DNA from: Planctomycetota bacterium
GTDB taxonomy: Bacteria > Planctomycetota > Phycisphaerae > WQYP01
Direction of reading: 5' to 3'
Length of the DNA: 64,000 nt
Assembly: GCA_021804985.1 (NCBI GenBank)
Contig: JAJZGD010000001.1
Coordinates: forward strand, 9,827 to 73,826
Shown here: piece by piece, positions 40,221 to 51,210 of the stretch
Numbering within the stretch: the stretch's first letter is position 1
How the letters are laid out: every line of letters begins with the position of its first letter
Program-made: the position numbers and the translations under genes
The notes under the pieces: model-generated
What the model was told of the DNA's origin: nothing
Databases searched by the model: none
The model's input: the letters and a program-made list of their open reading frames with translations, nothing else

Positions 40221-41375
40221 ATGATTTACCTCGATAACAATGCAACCACGGCACCGGCGCTGGAGGTTTTTCAGGCCATGGAACCCTATCTGCGGGAGAA
40301 TTACGGCAATCCATCCAGTTTATACCCCCTCGGCCAACAAGCCCGACATGCGATCGAAGAGGCCCGCTACAGCGTCGCGGAACTCCTGGGCTGCGCTATC
40401 TCCGAAGTGGTTTTCACCAGTGGTGGAACCGAAGCGGATAATGCAGCCATCTGCGGCACCCTTTTTGCGCGGCCGGATAAAAGAACGGTGGTTACCACTG
40501 CCGTCGAGCACAGCGCGGTGCGTGAAACCCTCCACGCATGGGCTAAGCGCGGCATCACGGTCATGGAAGTTCCGGTTAATCACCTTGGACATTTGGATAT
40601 GGGGCGCTTTGAGGATGCGGTGCGCGAGCCGGATGTGGCGCTGGCCACCGTCATGTGGGCCAATAATGAAACAGGGGTCATTTTTGACATAGCCGCCATC
40701 GCCCTGATTTGCCAAAAATACGGCGTGCCCCTGCATGTGGACGCCGTGCAAGTGGCCGGCAAACTGCCGATGGCCCTGCGCGATTTACCGTTGAGCATGG
40801 CTTCCATCAGCGGACACAAATTTCATGGCCCCAAAGGCGTGGGGGTTTTGTATGTCCGCCGAAAAACGCTATGGACGCCGTATCTCACCGGCGGCCCTCA
40901 GGAGCGCGATCGCCGCGGCGGTACGGAAAATGTGGCTGGCATTGGTGGGGTGGGCTGCGCAGCTCGCATTGCCCAGGAGCGGCTTAAACTGCCCGGCTCG
41001 CAAGCGCAGATTCGCACGCTCCGCGACCTTCTGGAAAAAACAATCATACGTACGGTTACCGATGCTCACGTTAATGGCGATCCGCAGAATCGTCTCAACA
41101 ACACCTCGAATATCGGCTTTGCGTCGCTCGAAGCCGAAGCCATTCTGCTGCTGCTCGCCCAGCGCGATATTTTCGCAAGTGCCGGCGCGGCATGTTCAAG
41201 CGGATCGCTTGAGCCATCACCGGTATTGCGCTCCATGGGAATTCCGGAGCGCATCGCGCACGGGTCGGTACGATTTTCGCTTTCAGCTGACAACACCGCC
41301 GATGAAATGACTGCGGTAGCAGATGCCCTGGTAAGCGTTATTGGCCGACTGCGCGAGACTTTGCCGGTTCGGTAG
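40221..41375 (+). CDS. cysteine desulfurase (NifS/IscS family, class V aminotransferase)
   Basis: MIYLDNNATT start, PLP-lysine motif SISGHKFHGPKGVG, C-terminal active-site Cys loop (SAGAACSSG); upstream in-frame extension to 39936 overlaps cdaA and is not credited. Confidence 0.85.
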   Translation: MIYLDNNATTAPALEVFQAMEPYLRENYGNPSSLYPLGQQARHAIEEARYSVAELLGCAISEVVFTSGGTEADNAAICGTLFARPDKRTVVTTAVEHSAVRETLHAWAKRGITVMEVPVNHLGHLDMGRFEDAVREPDVALATVMWANNETGVIFDIAAIALICQKYGVPLHVDAVQVAGKLPMALRDLPLSMASISGHKFHGPKGVGVLYVRRKTLWTPYLTGGPQERDRRGGTENVAGIGGVGCAARIAQERLKLPGSQAQIRTLRDLLEKTIIRTVTDAHVNGDPQNRLNNTSNIGFASLEAEAILLLLAQRDIFASAGAACSSGSLEPSPVLRSMGIPERIAHGSVRFSLSADNTADEMTAVADALVSVIGRLRETLPVR

Positions 41376-41583
41376 GCCGAGCGCCAGTTTTTGGCGATAA
41401 GATTTGCGAGCCGAAACGCACCACCGAATACCCAATGGCCGGGATTGGGATGGGTCTGAAATGTCCCCAATGCGGCGCGGCTCCTCGGTGTACCGTCTGT
41501 GTCAGGTACGCCATCGTTGCCGCTGCTTGATGGGCGCCAAAAATCACGCCGTCGCAAGCCGGCGGTGGCTATATGCCCATTCG

Positions 41584-44487
41584 CTAACTTGGCGGCAAAA
41601 CCGCGGAACCATGCGCGCCCGGCAAGCCCTTATGGTGTGCAGCGTGTGCCGCATCTGCTGCCAACGCCGCGGCCGCCTTCCGAATGATGGCAAACTCAAG
41701 ATACCGGTAAGTGGCATTTAGCCGATTCCATTTGATCGATTGCTCGATCTCTCTCGGCGTAATGATCCCGAGCCGCTTTTCCAGCCGCTGCCAGCGGCTG
41801 AACATATTGAGCCGGTATTCCAACCGTGCGGCGATGCGCATCTCGGCGGGGCTTGCGGCCTTGGCTCGGCCGCCGAATTGGCCCATCAAGCGGCGCAGGG
41901 CCAAGGTATAAACCAATGGGGCAGACTTGGCCCACGCCTGTGGTGATTCGTATAGCTCAAGCTCGGCATTATTTAGCAGGGCGCTGACGGTTACGCCGCG
42001 TGGCATTTCCATAGCGGATGATGGCGCGCCAAGTGCTTTCCCTGCGAGTTTACGCAGCAGCTTATGGCGATGTGATGCGAGCGCTGCCGACCGGGTCGCC
42101 CACTGGCTCATACCGTAATAATAGGGTTCCGGATGTTCGTGGAGGGTATCGAGCGCGGCGCCATTGAGCATCGCGTTGAATGAAGAATTCCTGCCGACCC
42201 GAACCACCAGCACCATCGGCCCGCGAACCAGAAAGCGCTTCCACACCCCGCCGCGAAAATTCGCCACCCGCCCCACCATCCGCTCAGGGTAGCTGTAAAT
42301 CGTGGTTGCAAACCCACCCCTGAAACTCAGCTTGCGTAAATCTAACTTCGACGACAGGCAGCGGAAGCCTAAGACGTAATCTCGATGGCGGCAGGTGCCG
42401 TAATGGCCGTTGTAGTTGTACTCGTAAAGCGCGAGAACAAACCGGCCCGGCGGAATGTGCATTAGCACATTAACATCGGGCCCCTGCCATGAAGGCGCAT
42501 ACCCGTCGCCAGAGTCATTGATTTCAGCCTCTCGGCGGGGCTCATGGGGCACAAATTGCTGCGCATGGAGTGCCGCATCTTCCTGGTAATAGACGGGCGG
42601 AATGCGTAGCACGCGGGGATTATCCGTATAGAGCCACTGTATCCAATACCGCAATGAATCGCCCATGAGGTGGTGCGGCCCCATGAAACTAAAATGATTC
42701 AACGCACGGGGCCCGGGCCCCCAGACAATATCGCCGATCGACTGGCCCGCAGCGAACAGGCACATCCAATACTTGCCGTAGTGACCCAGCCAGCTGCCTT
42801 CGGTTCGCCAATCATCCGGTAGCGGCACAATTCGCGGTTGCTTTTGGCTTTTGGCGCTTATTAATTGCATCCGAATGGCAGTCGCTATCGCTGTAAGTTC
42901 TCGCTCATTCGGCGGCCTTGCGCCCTGCGGTTCAGCGGCCGTTGCGGCTTTATCTGCGATGCGCGGCGCTTCTGGCAACGCACCCTTATGCCGCCCCGGC
43001 AAGGTGACGATGAAAAGCCCGTTGCCGTAGGTTCCCACCGCCATCACGTTGCGATGAAGAGGCTGTAAGGATTCAATGTAATTGCCCACCTGCGGCGAAT
43101 AAATATGCCAGCGCTGAATAATTTTCCCCCGCGCATTGTATTGCCAAACATCCAATCCCTTTTGCCGATGGCCTAACCACAGATAGCCCGCATCGCCCGA
43201 GGGGGCATTGGGGCCAGTGGAATTGCGGGCCGCCTGCCACGCCGCTGCAGTGGTGTAATCCTGCATCGGTAAGGTTTCCAGAAGAACGCCCGATGGCGCC
43301 TGCCAATGGAGTGGTGGGTGCCACAACCCCAAAACCTTGGCAGGAAAATCCTGACCTTGTTCAAAGGTTAGGTTCAGCGGCGATGCGCTTTTGCTACCGT
43401 CGTTCAGACGCCCCAACGCGATCCCGTCATCCGTCGCTATGACCAAATGATTCGCCCATGTGGTGGCCACCGAATTGATCAAGTTCCCCGGCAAACCGCT
43501 GCCAGTTGCGGTGACCGGCAGATGCCACGGGCCTTTGATAATTTTCCATTGGTACGCGCCGCACCCAATGGCAGTTTTGGTCCGCGGCCCTTGCAGCGGG
43601 GTGCCCACCGCCAGGCCGCTGCACTGCGTGCCTACATAAATGATGCCACCGTTGCCAAAGGCAATCGCATCGGGATTCATCGGCAGCCCATTGGCCTGCG
43701 TGATGTAATGCCAATGGTGGCGGATCGCCCCAACCTTCGGCCCGCTGCACTGATAAATGGATACGCCCGCGTTGGTGCCGATCCACATCTGATCGGTGAA
43801 CGGATCAAACTTCATCGCAAATACATGATCTCCCAATGGCCCGGCCAGCACTGTGTGCTTAGGATTCTGTACGATGTCATAATCCTGCCACTGCTTGCCG
43901 TTGTAAACACTTACACCATGATTTAATTCACCCGCCCATATGCGATTATGGTTGTCGCAGGCAATGGCATAAATGCAGTTGTTGGCCAACGCTCCGTGCG
44001 TGTTCTGTTTGGTAAATTGTGTCCAGTGTTTACCTTTGGATGCCGATGGATCGTAGCGATAGATGCCGCCCCCTTCGGTGGCGAGCCACAGATTCCCCTG
44101 TTTATCGCGGCACATGGCCATGATGAAATGGCAATCGGGAGCGCCCCCCTGCCGGGGCGCATGGGGCAAAGAGAGATGCACGACATCGCAATCCGCCCAT
44201 GGCAAGGTGGCCAACGGAACAAATTCTTTAACGGGATGATCTGAATCTCGCTTCCATGGCACTTGGGCCAGAACCACGCCCGGGGGCAGCTTAACGGCCG
44301 ACGCACTGGCTGGGACAGCTGCGGCGATTTGGGCTAAGGCAACGGGCCAAATCGCCAGGGCGGCAGATAACCCCAGCAGCAGGGTGGTAACACTGCCCAC
44401 ACGCCGTGAAAATTTGGCATAACGGGAACAATTTCGGGGAAATGGGTTCATAATCACTCCGAAAATGCGCTGGACGCGGCGCTGCAT
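41584..44487 (-). CDS. large secreted Trp-rich protein with two-component-regulator-propeller (Reg_prop)-like beta-propeller repeats
   Basis: signal peptide (LLLGLSAALAIWPVALA), repeated motifs GNLWLATEGGGIYRYD / NRIWAGELNHGVSVYNG / DQMWIGTNAGVSIYQ; no kinase or catalytic domain seen. Confidence 0.45.
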   Translation of the reverse strand: MQRRVQRIFGVIMNPFPRNCSRYAKFSRRVGSVTTLLLGLSAALAIWPVALAQIAAAVPASASAVKLPPGVVLAQVPWKRDSDHPVKEFVPLATLPWADCDVVHLSLPHAPRQGGAPDCHFIMAMCRDKQGNLWLATEGGGIYRYDPSASKGKHWTQFTKQNTHGALANNCIYAIACDNHNRIWAGELNHGVSVYNGKQWQDYDIVQNPKHTVLAGPLGDHVFAMKFDPFTDQMWIGTNAGVSIYQCSGPKVGAIRHHWHYITQANGLPMNPDAIAFGNGGIIYVGTQCSGLAVGTPLQGPRTKTAIGCGAYQWKIIKGPWHLPVTATGSGLPGNLINSVATTWANHLVIATDDGIALGRLNDGSKSASPLNLTFEQGQDFPAKVLGLWHPPLHWQAPSGVLLETLPMQDYTTAAAWQAARNSTGPNAPSGDAGYLWLGHRQKGLDVWQYNARGKIIQRWHIYSPQVGNYIESLQPLHRNVMAVGTYGNGLFIVTLPGRHKGALPEAPRIADKAATAAEPQGARPPNERELTAIATAIRMQLISAKSQKQPRIVPLPDDWRTEGSWLGHYGKYWMCLFAAGQSIGDIVWGPGPRALNHFSFMGPHHLMGDSLRYWIQWLYTDNPRVLRIPPVYYQEDAALHAQQFVPHEPRREAEINDSGDGYAPSWQGPDVNVLMHIPPGRFVLALYEYNYNGHYGTCRHRDYVLGFRCLSSKLDLRKLSFRGGFATTIYSYPERMVGRVANFRGGVWKRFLVRGPMVLVVRVGRNSSFNAMLNGAALDTLHEHPEPYYYGMSQWATRSAALASHRHKLLRKLAGKALGAPSSAMEMPRGVTVSALLNNAELELYESPQAWAKSAPLVYTLALRRLMGQFGGRAKAASPAEMRIAARLEYRLNMFSRWQRLEKRLGIITPREIEQSIKWNRLNATYRYLEFAIIRKAAAALAADAAHAAHHKGLPGAHGSAVLPPS

Positions 44488-44693
44488 ATATTTGACCTAC
44501 GGAACGAATGATAACACGACGCAAGTGGGCATGTAAACCATTATTAGCGCAGATGTTTTTGTTCGGGGCGCAAAGTACTCTTTGCGGCGCGAACGCCGTA
44601 AGCCCCTTGTATTTAACAACATGCACCGCTCAAATGGCGTAAAAAACCAAAATTCCGCAGTTGCAGTTGGCCGCGAGTGCAACGCGGCTTCAC

Positions 44694-44761
44694 GAGCCGA
44701 TGGATTTATCCGGGAATCTTTGTGCCTGCGAACTTTTTCTTTATGAGCCGATGGATTTATC
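44694..44761. repeat. 17-bp exact direct repeat GAGCCGATGGATTTATC (two copies, 51 bp apart) in divergent intergenic region
   Basis: copies at 44694-44710 and 44745-44761 read directly from the sequence. Confidence 0.6.
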
Positions 44762-44889
44762 ACACCACGAATACTGTTTGCGATGATTCCAAGCGGATAA
44801 GCGGCCGGGAAAGGAGCATGATTGTCGGCCGACTTGCCAAAACAATACGTCTGGGTTAACAAGTTCGTTGGCTTGCGAGTGGAACATTT

Positions 44890-45693
44890 ATGAATCCGAT
44901 TCGGCTGGCGGTTTGTGGGGCGGCGGGCCGCATGGGTCTGCGTATTATGGCATTGGCGATAAGCGAGCCGCGGCGTTTCACTTTATGTCAGGCCGTAACA
45001 CGGGTGGGCTCATCGCAGCTCGGCACGCCTGTTGCCACAGGTGCCGGGGCGGCACCATCTGGTATTGTCTTTACGCCCGAATTGGAACCAGACTTCGATG
45101 TACTGATCGATTTTTCACACCCATCAGCGCTGGCGGATAATCTGGCCGTGTGTTGTGAGTTTCGGCGTGCCGCGGTGATTGGCACCACTGGGCTTTCGGC
45201 TGAGCATCTGGAGATGATTGATCGCGCCGCAGAGAAAACGGCCATTTTGCAGGCCAGCAACACCAGTGTGGGGGCCAATTGGCTCGCTGGAATGCTCGGA
45301 TCAATGGCCAACACGCTCGGCCCCGAATATGACATTGAAATTATTGAAATGCACCACAACCGCAAGAAGGACGCACCCTCGGGAACCGCACTGACTCTGG
45401 CCGAATCCATTTGCCAGGCGACGGGACGCGACATTCGGCAGGATGTGGTTTTCGGCAGGCAGGGGGAAAACGTGCCCCGATCTCATGGGCAGATTGGCAT
45501 CCATGCCGTGCGAATGGGAGATGTGGTCGGCGAGCATACGGTATATTTTTCAACCGGGGGCGAGCGGCTGGAGATTCGCCATGTTGCCACCAGTCGCGAC
45601 ACATTCGCCTCGGGGGCATTGCGGGCGGCGGAATTCCTTAACGGAAAACCAGCGGGGCGATACAGTATGGCCCACGTGCTGGCAGCGAAATGA
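44890..45693 (+). CDS. dapB: 4-hydroxy-tetrahydrodipicolinate reductase
   Basis: N-terminal Rossmann MNPIRLAVCGAAGRMG and DapB core EIIEMHHNRKKDAPSGTA. Confidence 0.9.
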   Translation: MNPIRLAVCGAAGRMGLRIMALAISEPRRFTLCQAVTRVGSSQLGTPVATGAGAAPSGIVFTPELEPDFDVLIDFSHPSALADNLAVCCEFRRAAVIGTTGLSAEHLEMIDRAAEKTAILQASNTSVGANWLAGMLGSMANTLGPEYDIEIIEMHHNRKKDAPSGTALTLAESICQATGRDIRQDVVFGRQGENVPRSHGQIGIHAVRMGDVVGEHTVYFSTGGERLEIRHVATSRDTFASGALRAAEFLNGKPAGRYSMAHVLAAK

Positions 45694-45751
45694 TTCCTGA
45701 TAGCGCCTGATCAGGGCTTGTGGTTCCCATTTTCATGGAGGATTTTAGACG

Positions 45752-47026
45752 ATGGATTGTCTGGTGATTAAAGGCGGCCACCGCCTGAGTGGAACGGTGC
45801 GCGTTTGTGGGGCAAAAAATGCCGCGCTGCCAATCATGGCCGCATCGCTGTTGGCCGATGGGCCCTCGGTGATCGATGATTTGCCGCAGTTGCAGGATAT
45901 TCAAAGCCAGATTGAATTGCTCAGGCTGCTCGGGGCCGAGGTTAATCGCAGCGCAGATTCGGTTTCCATCGAAGTGAAGGATCCATCGAATTCGCATGCG
46001 CCTTATGACGTTGTCCGAAAAATGCGCGCCAGCATTTGCGTGCTTGGGCCGTTACTCGCCCGCCGCGGGGTGGCACGGGTGTCGATGCCCGGCGGTTGCG
46101 CCATCGGTGACAGGCCGGTGGATTTGCATCTGCGCGGCCTTGAGGCACTCGGGGCGAGCGTGGATCTGGAAAATGGTGATATCGTCGCCCGAGCCAAACG
46201 CCTTCGCGGCGCAGCGATCTTTCTCGGCGGCAATTTTGGTTCCACGGTGCTTGGCACCGCCAACGTCATGTCCGCAGCGACGCTGGCCAAGGGTACCACC
46301 GTCATTGAGTCGGCGGCATGCGAACCGGAAGTTGTGGATCTGGCGAATTATTTGCGCGCCATGGGGGCGAAAATAACGGGCGACGGTACGCCCCGCATCA
46401 CCATTGAAGGCGTCGACAGCCTGCATGGCGCCAGACACCGCATTATTCCAGACCGAATCGAGGCGGGAACTTTCATGATTGCCGCAGGCATTACGCACGG
46501 CGAACTTCAAATCGATAATGTCCGCATTGATCATCTGATGGCGGTGGTAGACAAACTTCGGACGGTCGGGGTATTGGTGGTGGAAAGCGGGGCCGGCGTG
46601 CGGGTGTCTTCCCAGCGAAACCTGCGTGCCACCAGCCTGACGACGCAGCCCTATCCTGGCTTTCCCACCGATCTTCAGGCCCAGTTTATGGCGCTGTTGT
46701 CGGTGGCGGATGGCAACAGCATCATCACCGAGAAGATTTTTCCCGATCGATTCATGCACGTGGCTGAATTGTCGCGATTGGGCGCGAGCATTCATCGCGA
46801 GGGGCCGACCGTGATTGTGGAAGGGCCGCGGCATCTCATTGGGGCGCCGGTGATGGCCAGTGATTTGCGGGCATCGGCGGCCTTGGTGCTTGCGGGCTTA
46901 GCGGCCAAAGATACCACTACGGTGAATCGTGTTTACCATATCGACCGGGGATATGAAAAAATCGAACAGCGGCTCAAAGCGGTCGGGGCTGATATCGAGC
47001 GCATGGATGAAAAAGAGCTCGACTGA
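45752..47026 (+). CDS. murA: UDP-N-acetylglucosamine 1-carboxyvinyltransferase
   Basis: MurA/EPSP-synthase fold, GAKNAALPIM start region, catalytic Cys loop (PGGCAIGDRPVDLH). Confidence 0.9.
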   Translation: MDCLVIKGGHRLSGTVRVCGAKNAALPIMAASLLADGPSVIDDLPQLQDIQSQIELLRLLGAEVNRSADSVSIEVKDPSNSHAPYDVVRKMRASICVLGPLLARRGVARVSMPGGCAIGDRPVDLHLRGLEALGASVDLENGDIVARAKRLRGAAIFLGGNFGSTVLGTANVMSAATLAKGTTVIESAACEPEVVDLANYLRAMGAKITGDGTPRITIEGVDSLHGARHRIIPDRIEAGTFMIAAGITHGELQIDNVRIDHLMAVVDKLRTVGVLVVESGAGVRVSSQRNLRATSLTTQPYPGFPTDLQAQFMALLSVADGNSIITEKIFPDRFMHVAELSRLGASIHREGPTVIVEGPRHLIGAPVMASDLRASAALVLAGLAAKDTTTVNRVYHIDRGYEKIEQRLKAVGADIERMDEKELD

Positions 47027-47084
47027 GCCACGCACCGCCAAGAGATACAAGAGATATTCGCTTCGATTGAAGTCTATTTTGATC

Positions 47085-48938
47085 TTACAGATCCGGCGGC
47101 CCTTCGGTGTCGTCGGACACAGCCGCGTCGTCGGAATCCGCGGCATCGGCGCGGGGCGCGGCGCCATTTTGCGGCATCAGCCCAATGGTTGACATGATCG
47201 AGCCGTCGAGGAAGCCTTCAAGCTTGCGTGAGCGCACCGGGTGCTGAAGTTTTCTCAGTGCCTTGGCTTCAACCTGCCGAACGCGCTCGCGGGTAACTTT
47301 AAATATCCGCCCCACTTCTTCCAGCGTGTAGGTGTAACCGTCGCCAATACCGTAGCGCAACTTGATAATCTCGCGTTCCCGGTAGGTAAGGGTTTTAAGC
47401 ACCTGATCGATGCGATCGCGAAGCATTTCCTGGGTGGCGGTTTCAACGGGATTATCAGCTGATTCATCCTCGATGAAATCACCGAAGTAAGAATCCTCCG
47501 ATTCGCCAACCGGTCGATCCAGTGATATCGGATGACGCGCGATTTTCAGAACGCGGCGACATTCCGATGCGGGCATTTTGGCCTCGCGGGATATTTCCTC
47601 GATGGTTGGTTCGCGCCCAAGATCCTGGAGCAATTTTTTGCTGATGTTCCGCAGGCGCGACATCGTTTCGATCATGTGAACAGGAATGCGGATGGTGCGC
47701 GCATGGTCGGCGATAGCCCGGGTGATCGCCTGACGTATCCACCACGTGGCATAGGTGCTGAATTTGTAGCCGCGGCGATATTCGTATTTATCGACCGCGC
47801 GCATCAGGCCCGTGTTGCCCTCCTGAATGATATCGAGGAAGGTGAGGCCGCGATTTCGATATTTTTTGGCGATCGATACGACGAGGCGCAGATTTCCGCC
47901 GGAAAGTTTTCGTTTTGCATCTTCATATTCATTGAATACCGACGTAATGCGATAGCATCGCTGGGCAAGCGAATCGGCATCTTCGAGCACCAGATCCAGC
48001 AAGCCCTGGTATTCATCGGTCATGGCTTGGCGATCGTCTTCGGTGAGGCGCGAATTTTTTTCCGTCAGACGGTTTCGCAGGGAGGTTAATTTATCGCAAA
48101 TGGATTGAAGCTTGCGCATCAACGGAATAATTTTGCTCGTTCGCAGGGAAAGCTCTTCGAGCAGGGTAACGGATTTCCGGCGGCTGCTGCCGAGCTGGGC
48201 CTGAATTTCCTTCCGTTGCACATCGGAGGTTGACGGATCAATGATCTTTTCCCATTTTTGCCGATTCCGCTCAAGAATGCGGCGAATCGTGCCAAGGTTT
48301 TCCGGAATGCGCTTGCTGATGGTGGCCTTGGCGTCCTCTTCGGCCGTTGACACCCGCATGGTGCGATCAAACGGCAATTCGCCCGACTGCACCTGTGCCA
48401 GAATCTGCACGGCGGTTTGGGTGCAATAATCGCTCTCGAGAACCTTTCGGCGAAAGGCCATGCGCGTAAGCTCTATTTTTTTTGCCAGCTGGATTTCGTC
48501 ATGCCGCGAAAGCAGGGGTATTTCGCCCATCTGCGTGAGGTACATGCGGACGGGGTCTTCGATGGACTTGCTGCCGGCATCGGCGGTTTCATCCTCCTTA
48601 ATGCTGCGGATTTCCTCCTCCGCCTCATGCATCATGGATTCATCCGGCTCGTCGGCCGATGGAGGCGCCGGCTGCTTCTCTTCGCCGGCCTTATCGAGTA
48701 ATTCCACGCCAAGTTCGTCAAATTGCTGCATCAGGGCATCGAGCCGATCGGGCGCGATGGCATCGTCGGGAAGCAGCTCATTGAGTTCTTCGTAGGTCAG
48801 GTATCCCTGAGATTTACCCCTTTGCATCAGAAGCGCAATATTGGAATTGGCATTGGCGGGCAAAACCGTATGCACTGTAGCGGGCGGTTGTACCTGCGAA
48901 TGGGCGGGTTGACTCACAGAATCCTCCTGATCGTCCAT
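47085..48938 (-). CDS. rpoD: RNA polymerase sigma-70 factor
   Basis: regions 2-4 conserved ([54 protein letters not shown]); start set at MDDQEDS because the upstream in-frame extension to 49139 is non-protein-like. Confidence 0.9.
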   Translation of the reverse strand: MDDQEDSVSQPAHSQVQPPATVHTVLPANANSNIALLMQRGKSQGYLTYEELNELLPDDAIAPDRLDALMQQFDELGVELLDKAGEEKQPAPPSADEPDESMMHEAEEEIRSIKEDETADAGSKSIEDPVRMYLTQMGEIPLLSRHDEIQLAKKIELTRMAFRRKVLESDYCTQTAVQILAQVQSGELPFDRTMRVSTAEEDAKATISKRIPENLGTIRRILERNRQKWEKIIDPSTSDVQRKEIQAQLGSSRRKSVTLLEELSLRTSKIIPLMRKLQSICDKLTSLRNRLTEKNSRLTEDDRQAMTDEYQGLLDLVLEDADSLAQRCYRITSVFNEYEDAKRKLSGGNLRLVVSIAKKYRNRGLTFLDIIQEGNTGLMRAVDKYEYRRGYKFSTYATWWIRQAITRAIADHARTIRIPVHMIETMSRLRNISKKLLQDLGREPTIEEISREAKMPASECRRVLKIARHPISLDRPVGESEDSYFGDFIEDESADNPVETATQEMLRDRIDQVLKTLTYREREIIKLRYGIGDGYTYTLEEVGRIFKVTRERVRQVEAKALRKLQHPVRSRKLEGFLDGSIMSTIGLMPQNGAAPRADAADSDDAAVSDDTEGPPDL

Positions 48939-49458
48939 CGGGACGTTTGATGTATCACGCCCCAAAGGCAATGACCTGCCGACACCGTGCCGACGAAACA
49001 CTTGCGGTGCCGTGGGACAAAGAGCACGCGGGTAAAACCGTTGTCCGCATCCTAAGCCCGCCCACCATGGCGGGGCAATTTTGTTCGGGCATCCACAGGC
49101 TGGCAATGGCCCTACATACTGCTGCGGGCTGCCGGACAACCGAACCTTACATTATAGCGGTTTTACCCCCATTTTAACAAGATGCCATTTCAGTTTGTCT
49201 TTACTTCTTTACTCATTATGGGTTCGTTGGCCTCACCCGACGATGTAATGGCGTGGAACGCCTTCACGAGGCAATGCCGTCAGGGGGCCCAAATTACAAC
49301 TTTCACCCGAAAGTTCGGCTGCGCCCGGCGGCACCTGCACCCGGGGGGCACCAAAGGCATCCGGCGATCCACCGCCGCAAGCGGGTTACCGCTTCCGCCC
49401 ACCCGGCTTATGCGGTGCCCTGCGCGCCCGGCCGCGGCGGCCGATGAAATGGCGCGGT

Positions 49459-51210
49459 CTACTTAATAGCCCGGAGCGTTTTTACCATGTCTGCCAGCAA
49501 TTCCGCCGCGCCGTCCAAGGCAATGAGGCTTGGCTCCTTTTTACTGCGCATTTTAAGTTCCAGCTGTCCGGCGGAAAGGCCCTTGTCGCCCACCACCACC
49601 CGCAGGGGAATGCCGATAAGATCCGCATCTTTAAATTTTACGCCGGGCCGCTGGTCCCGATCATCGAGCAAGACATCCACGCCCAGCGCCTTGAGTTTTT
49701 CATACAGTTCGGTGGCGGCGGTCGCGACGTTCCCCTCGAACTTGATCGGCGTGATGACGACTTCGTAGGGTGCGATGTTCATTGGCCATATGATCCCATC
49801 CACGTCATGGCCGGTCTCTATGGCCCCCACTAAAATACGCCCCGGACCGATGCCGTAACACCCCATAATCATGCTGTGGTTAACCTGCTTTTCGTCGGCA
49901 AAAACCGCCCCGAGCGCATCGGTATATTTGGTGCCCAGCTTAAACACATGGCCGAGTTCGATGCCTTTGCTGAACTTCAATGGCGAACCGCTCGCCGATC
50001 GATCACCGGGTGCTACATTGCGAATGTCTGCCACGATTGGGGCGCCGGCTTTTTGCGGATCAATACGGGCGGCGAACGAAAAATTCGTCACATGCAAAAA
50101 GGGGGCGTTGGCCCCCGTGGTGGCGCCGGTCACCATCAGTGCGTCCGCGTCGATCACCAAGGTAACGCCAATGGAATTGGCCACGTGAGGGCCCACATAA
50201 CCGATGGCGAAGCCCTTGGAGCGTGCCGCATCTTCATCCGCAAGTTCTACGGGGCCCACCAGCCGGCGCAGTTTGCTTTCATTCACCTCATGATCGCCGC
50301 GGACGCACGCCACCACCGGCGGTGCATCGGGCGCTCCCACCCGCTGATAAACCATGGTTTTGATCATTTGCTGCGGCGTAATTTTCAGCAGGGTACACAC
50401 CGATTCAATCGAGGTGGCATGCGGTGTTTCGACCGTAGTGAAAGGCTCGGGTGCAATGGCCGGCGCATCGGCGAAACTTTTTTGGCCAGCTTCTGCCGGA
50501 ACCGCGCGCTCAAGGTTGGCGCAATAAGTTCCATCTTCCGCCTGGACGATAACATCTTCACCGGCATCGCACGGGCAGATAAATTCGTGGCTGGAATCAC
50601 CACCGATCGGGCCACTTTCCGCCTCTACGGCAATCGCCGGAACGCCACATTGGGCGAAGATGTTGACATACGCCTTGAACATGTCGTTATATGTTTGAGT
50701 GAGGCTCTCAAGCGACGGGTGAAAGCTATAAGCATCTTTCATGAAAAACTCACGCACACGCAGCAGGCCGTTGCGTGGCCGCGTCTCATCCCGAAACTTG
50801 CTCTGGATCTGATACAGGGTGAGGGGCAGCTGGCGGTAACTGGTAATGTACGCGCGCACCAGTTCGGTAACGCATTCTTCGTGCGTGGGGCCAAGGATCA
50901 TTTCTGAATTGCGACGGTCTTTGACTTTAAAAAGCAGCGGCCCGTAATCGGAATATCTGCCGGTCTGCCGCCACAGATCTGCCGGCAGGAGCGCTGGCAT
51001 ATGAATTTCCTGCGCACCGATGGCATTCATATGGTGCCGGATGATGGCGTTGACCTTCATGAGGCTTTTCCAGCCGAGGGGCAACCAGTCGTATACGCCG
51101 GCACTTATGCGACGAATGAGGCCAGCTCGCACCATGAGCTGGTGAGAGATGATTTCCGAATCGGCGGGCACTTCCCGCGTGGTGGGTATGAGCGTTTTAG
51201 ACCACAGCAT
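49459..51210 (-). CDS. proS: proline-tRNA ligase (bacterial type with INS editing domain)
   Basis: class II aaRS motifs and ProRS N-terminus MLWSKTLIPTTREVPADSEIISHQLMVRAG; start set at MLWSK. Confidence 0.9.
   Translation of the reverse strand: MLWSKTLIPTTREVPADSEIISHQLMVRAGLIRRISAGVYDWLPLGWKSLMKVNAIIRHHMNAIGAQEIHMPALLPADLWRQTGRYSDYGPLLFKVKDRRNSEMILGPTHEECVTELVRAYITSYRQLPLTLYQIQSKFRDETRPRNGLLRVREFFMKDAYSFHPSLESLTQTYNDMFKAYVNIFAQCGVPAIAVEAESGPIGGDSSHEFICPCDAGEDVIVQAEDGTYCANLERAVPAEAGQKSFADAPAIAPEPFTTVETPHATSIESVCTLLKITPQQMIKTMVYQRVGAPDAPPVVACVRGDHEVNESKLRRLVGPVELADEDAARSKGFAIGYVGPHVANSIGVTLVIDADALMVTGATTGANAPFLHVTNFSFAARIDPQKAGAPIVADIRNVAPGDRSASGSPLKFSKGIELGHVFKLGTKYTDALGAVFADEKQVNHSMIMGCYGIGPGRILVGAIETGHDVDGIIWPMNIAPYEVVITPIKFEGNVATAATELYEKLKALGVDVLLDDRDQRPGVKFKDADLIGIPLRVVVGDKGLSAGQLELKMRSKKEPSLIALDGAAELLADMVKTLRAIK

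Noticed and set aside
44677-44859. 60-aa ORF on + strand between the secreted propeller gene and dapB
   Set aside because: Its sequence (repeating SRWIY) is generated by the 17-bp direct DNA repeat; no start context; almost certainly non-coding
48939-49139. 67-codon upstream extension of rpoD
   Set aside because: Cys/Trp/Pro-rich non-protein-like translation; conserved sigma-70 begins after MDDQEDS
49876-50907. 343-aa + strand ORF antisense to proS
   Set aside because: Nested in proS; G/R/H-rich low-complexity translation; no motifs
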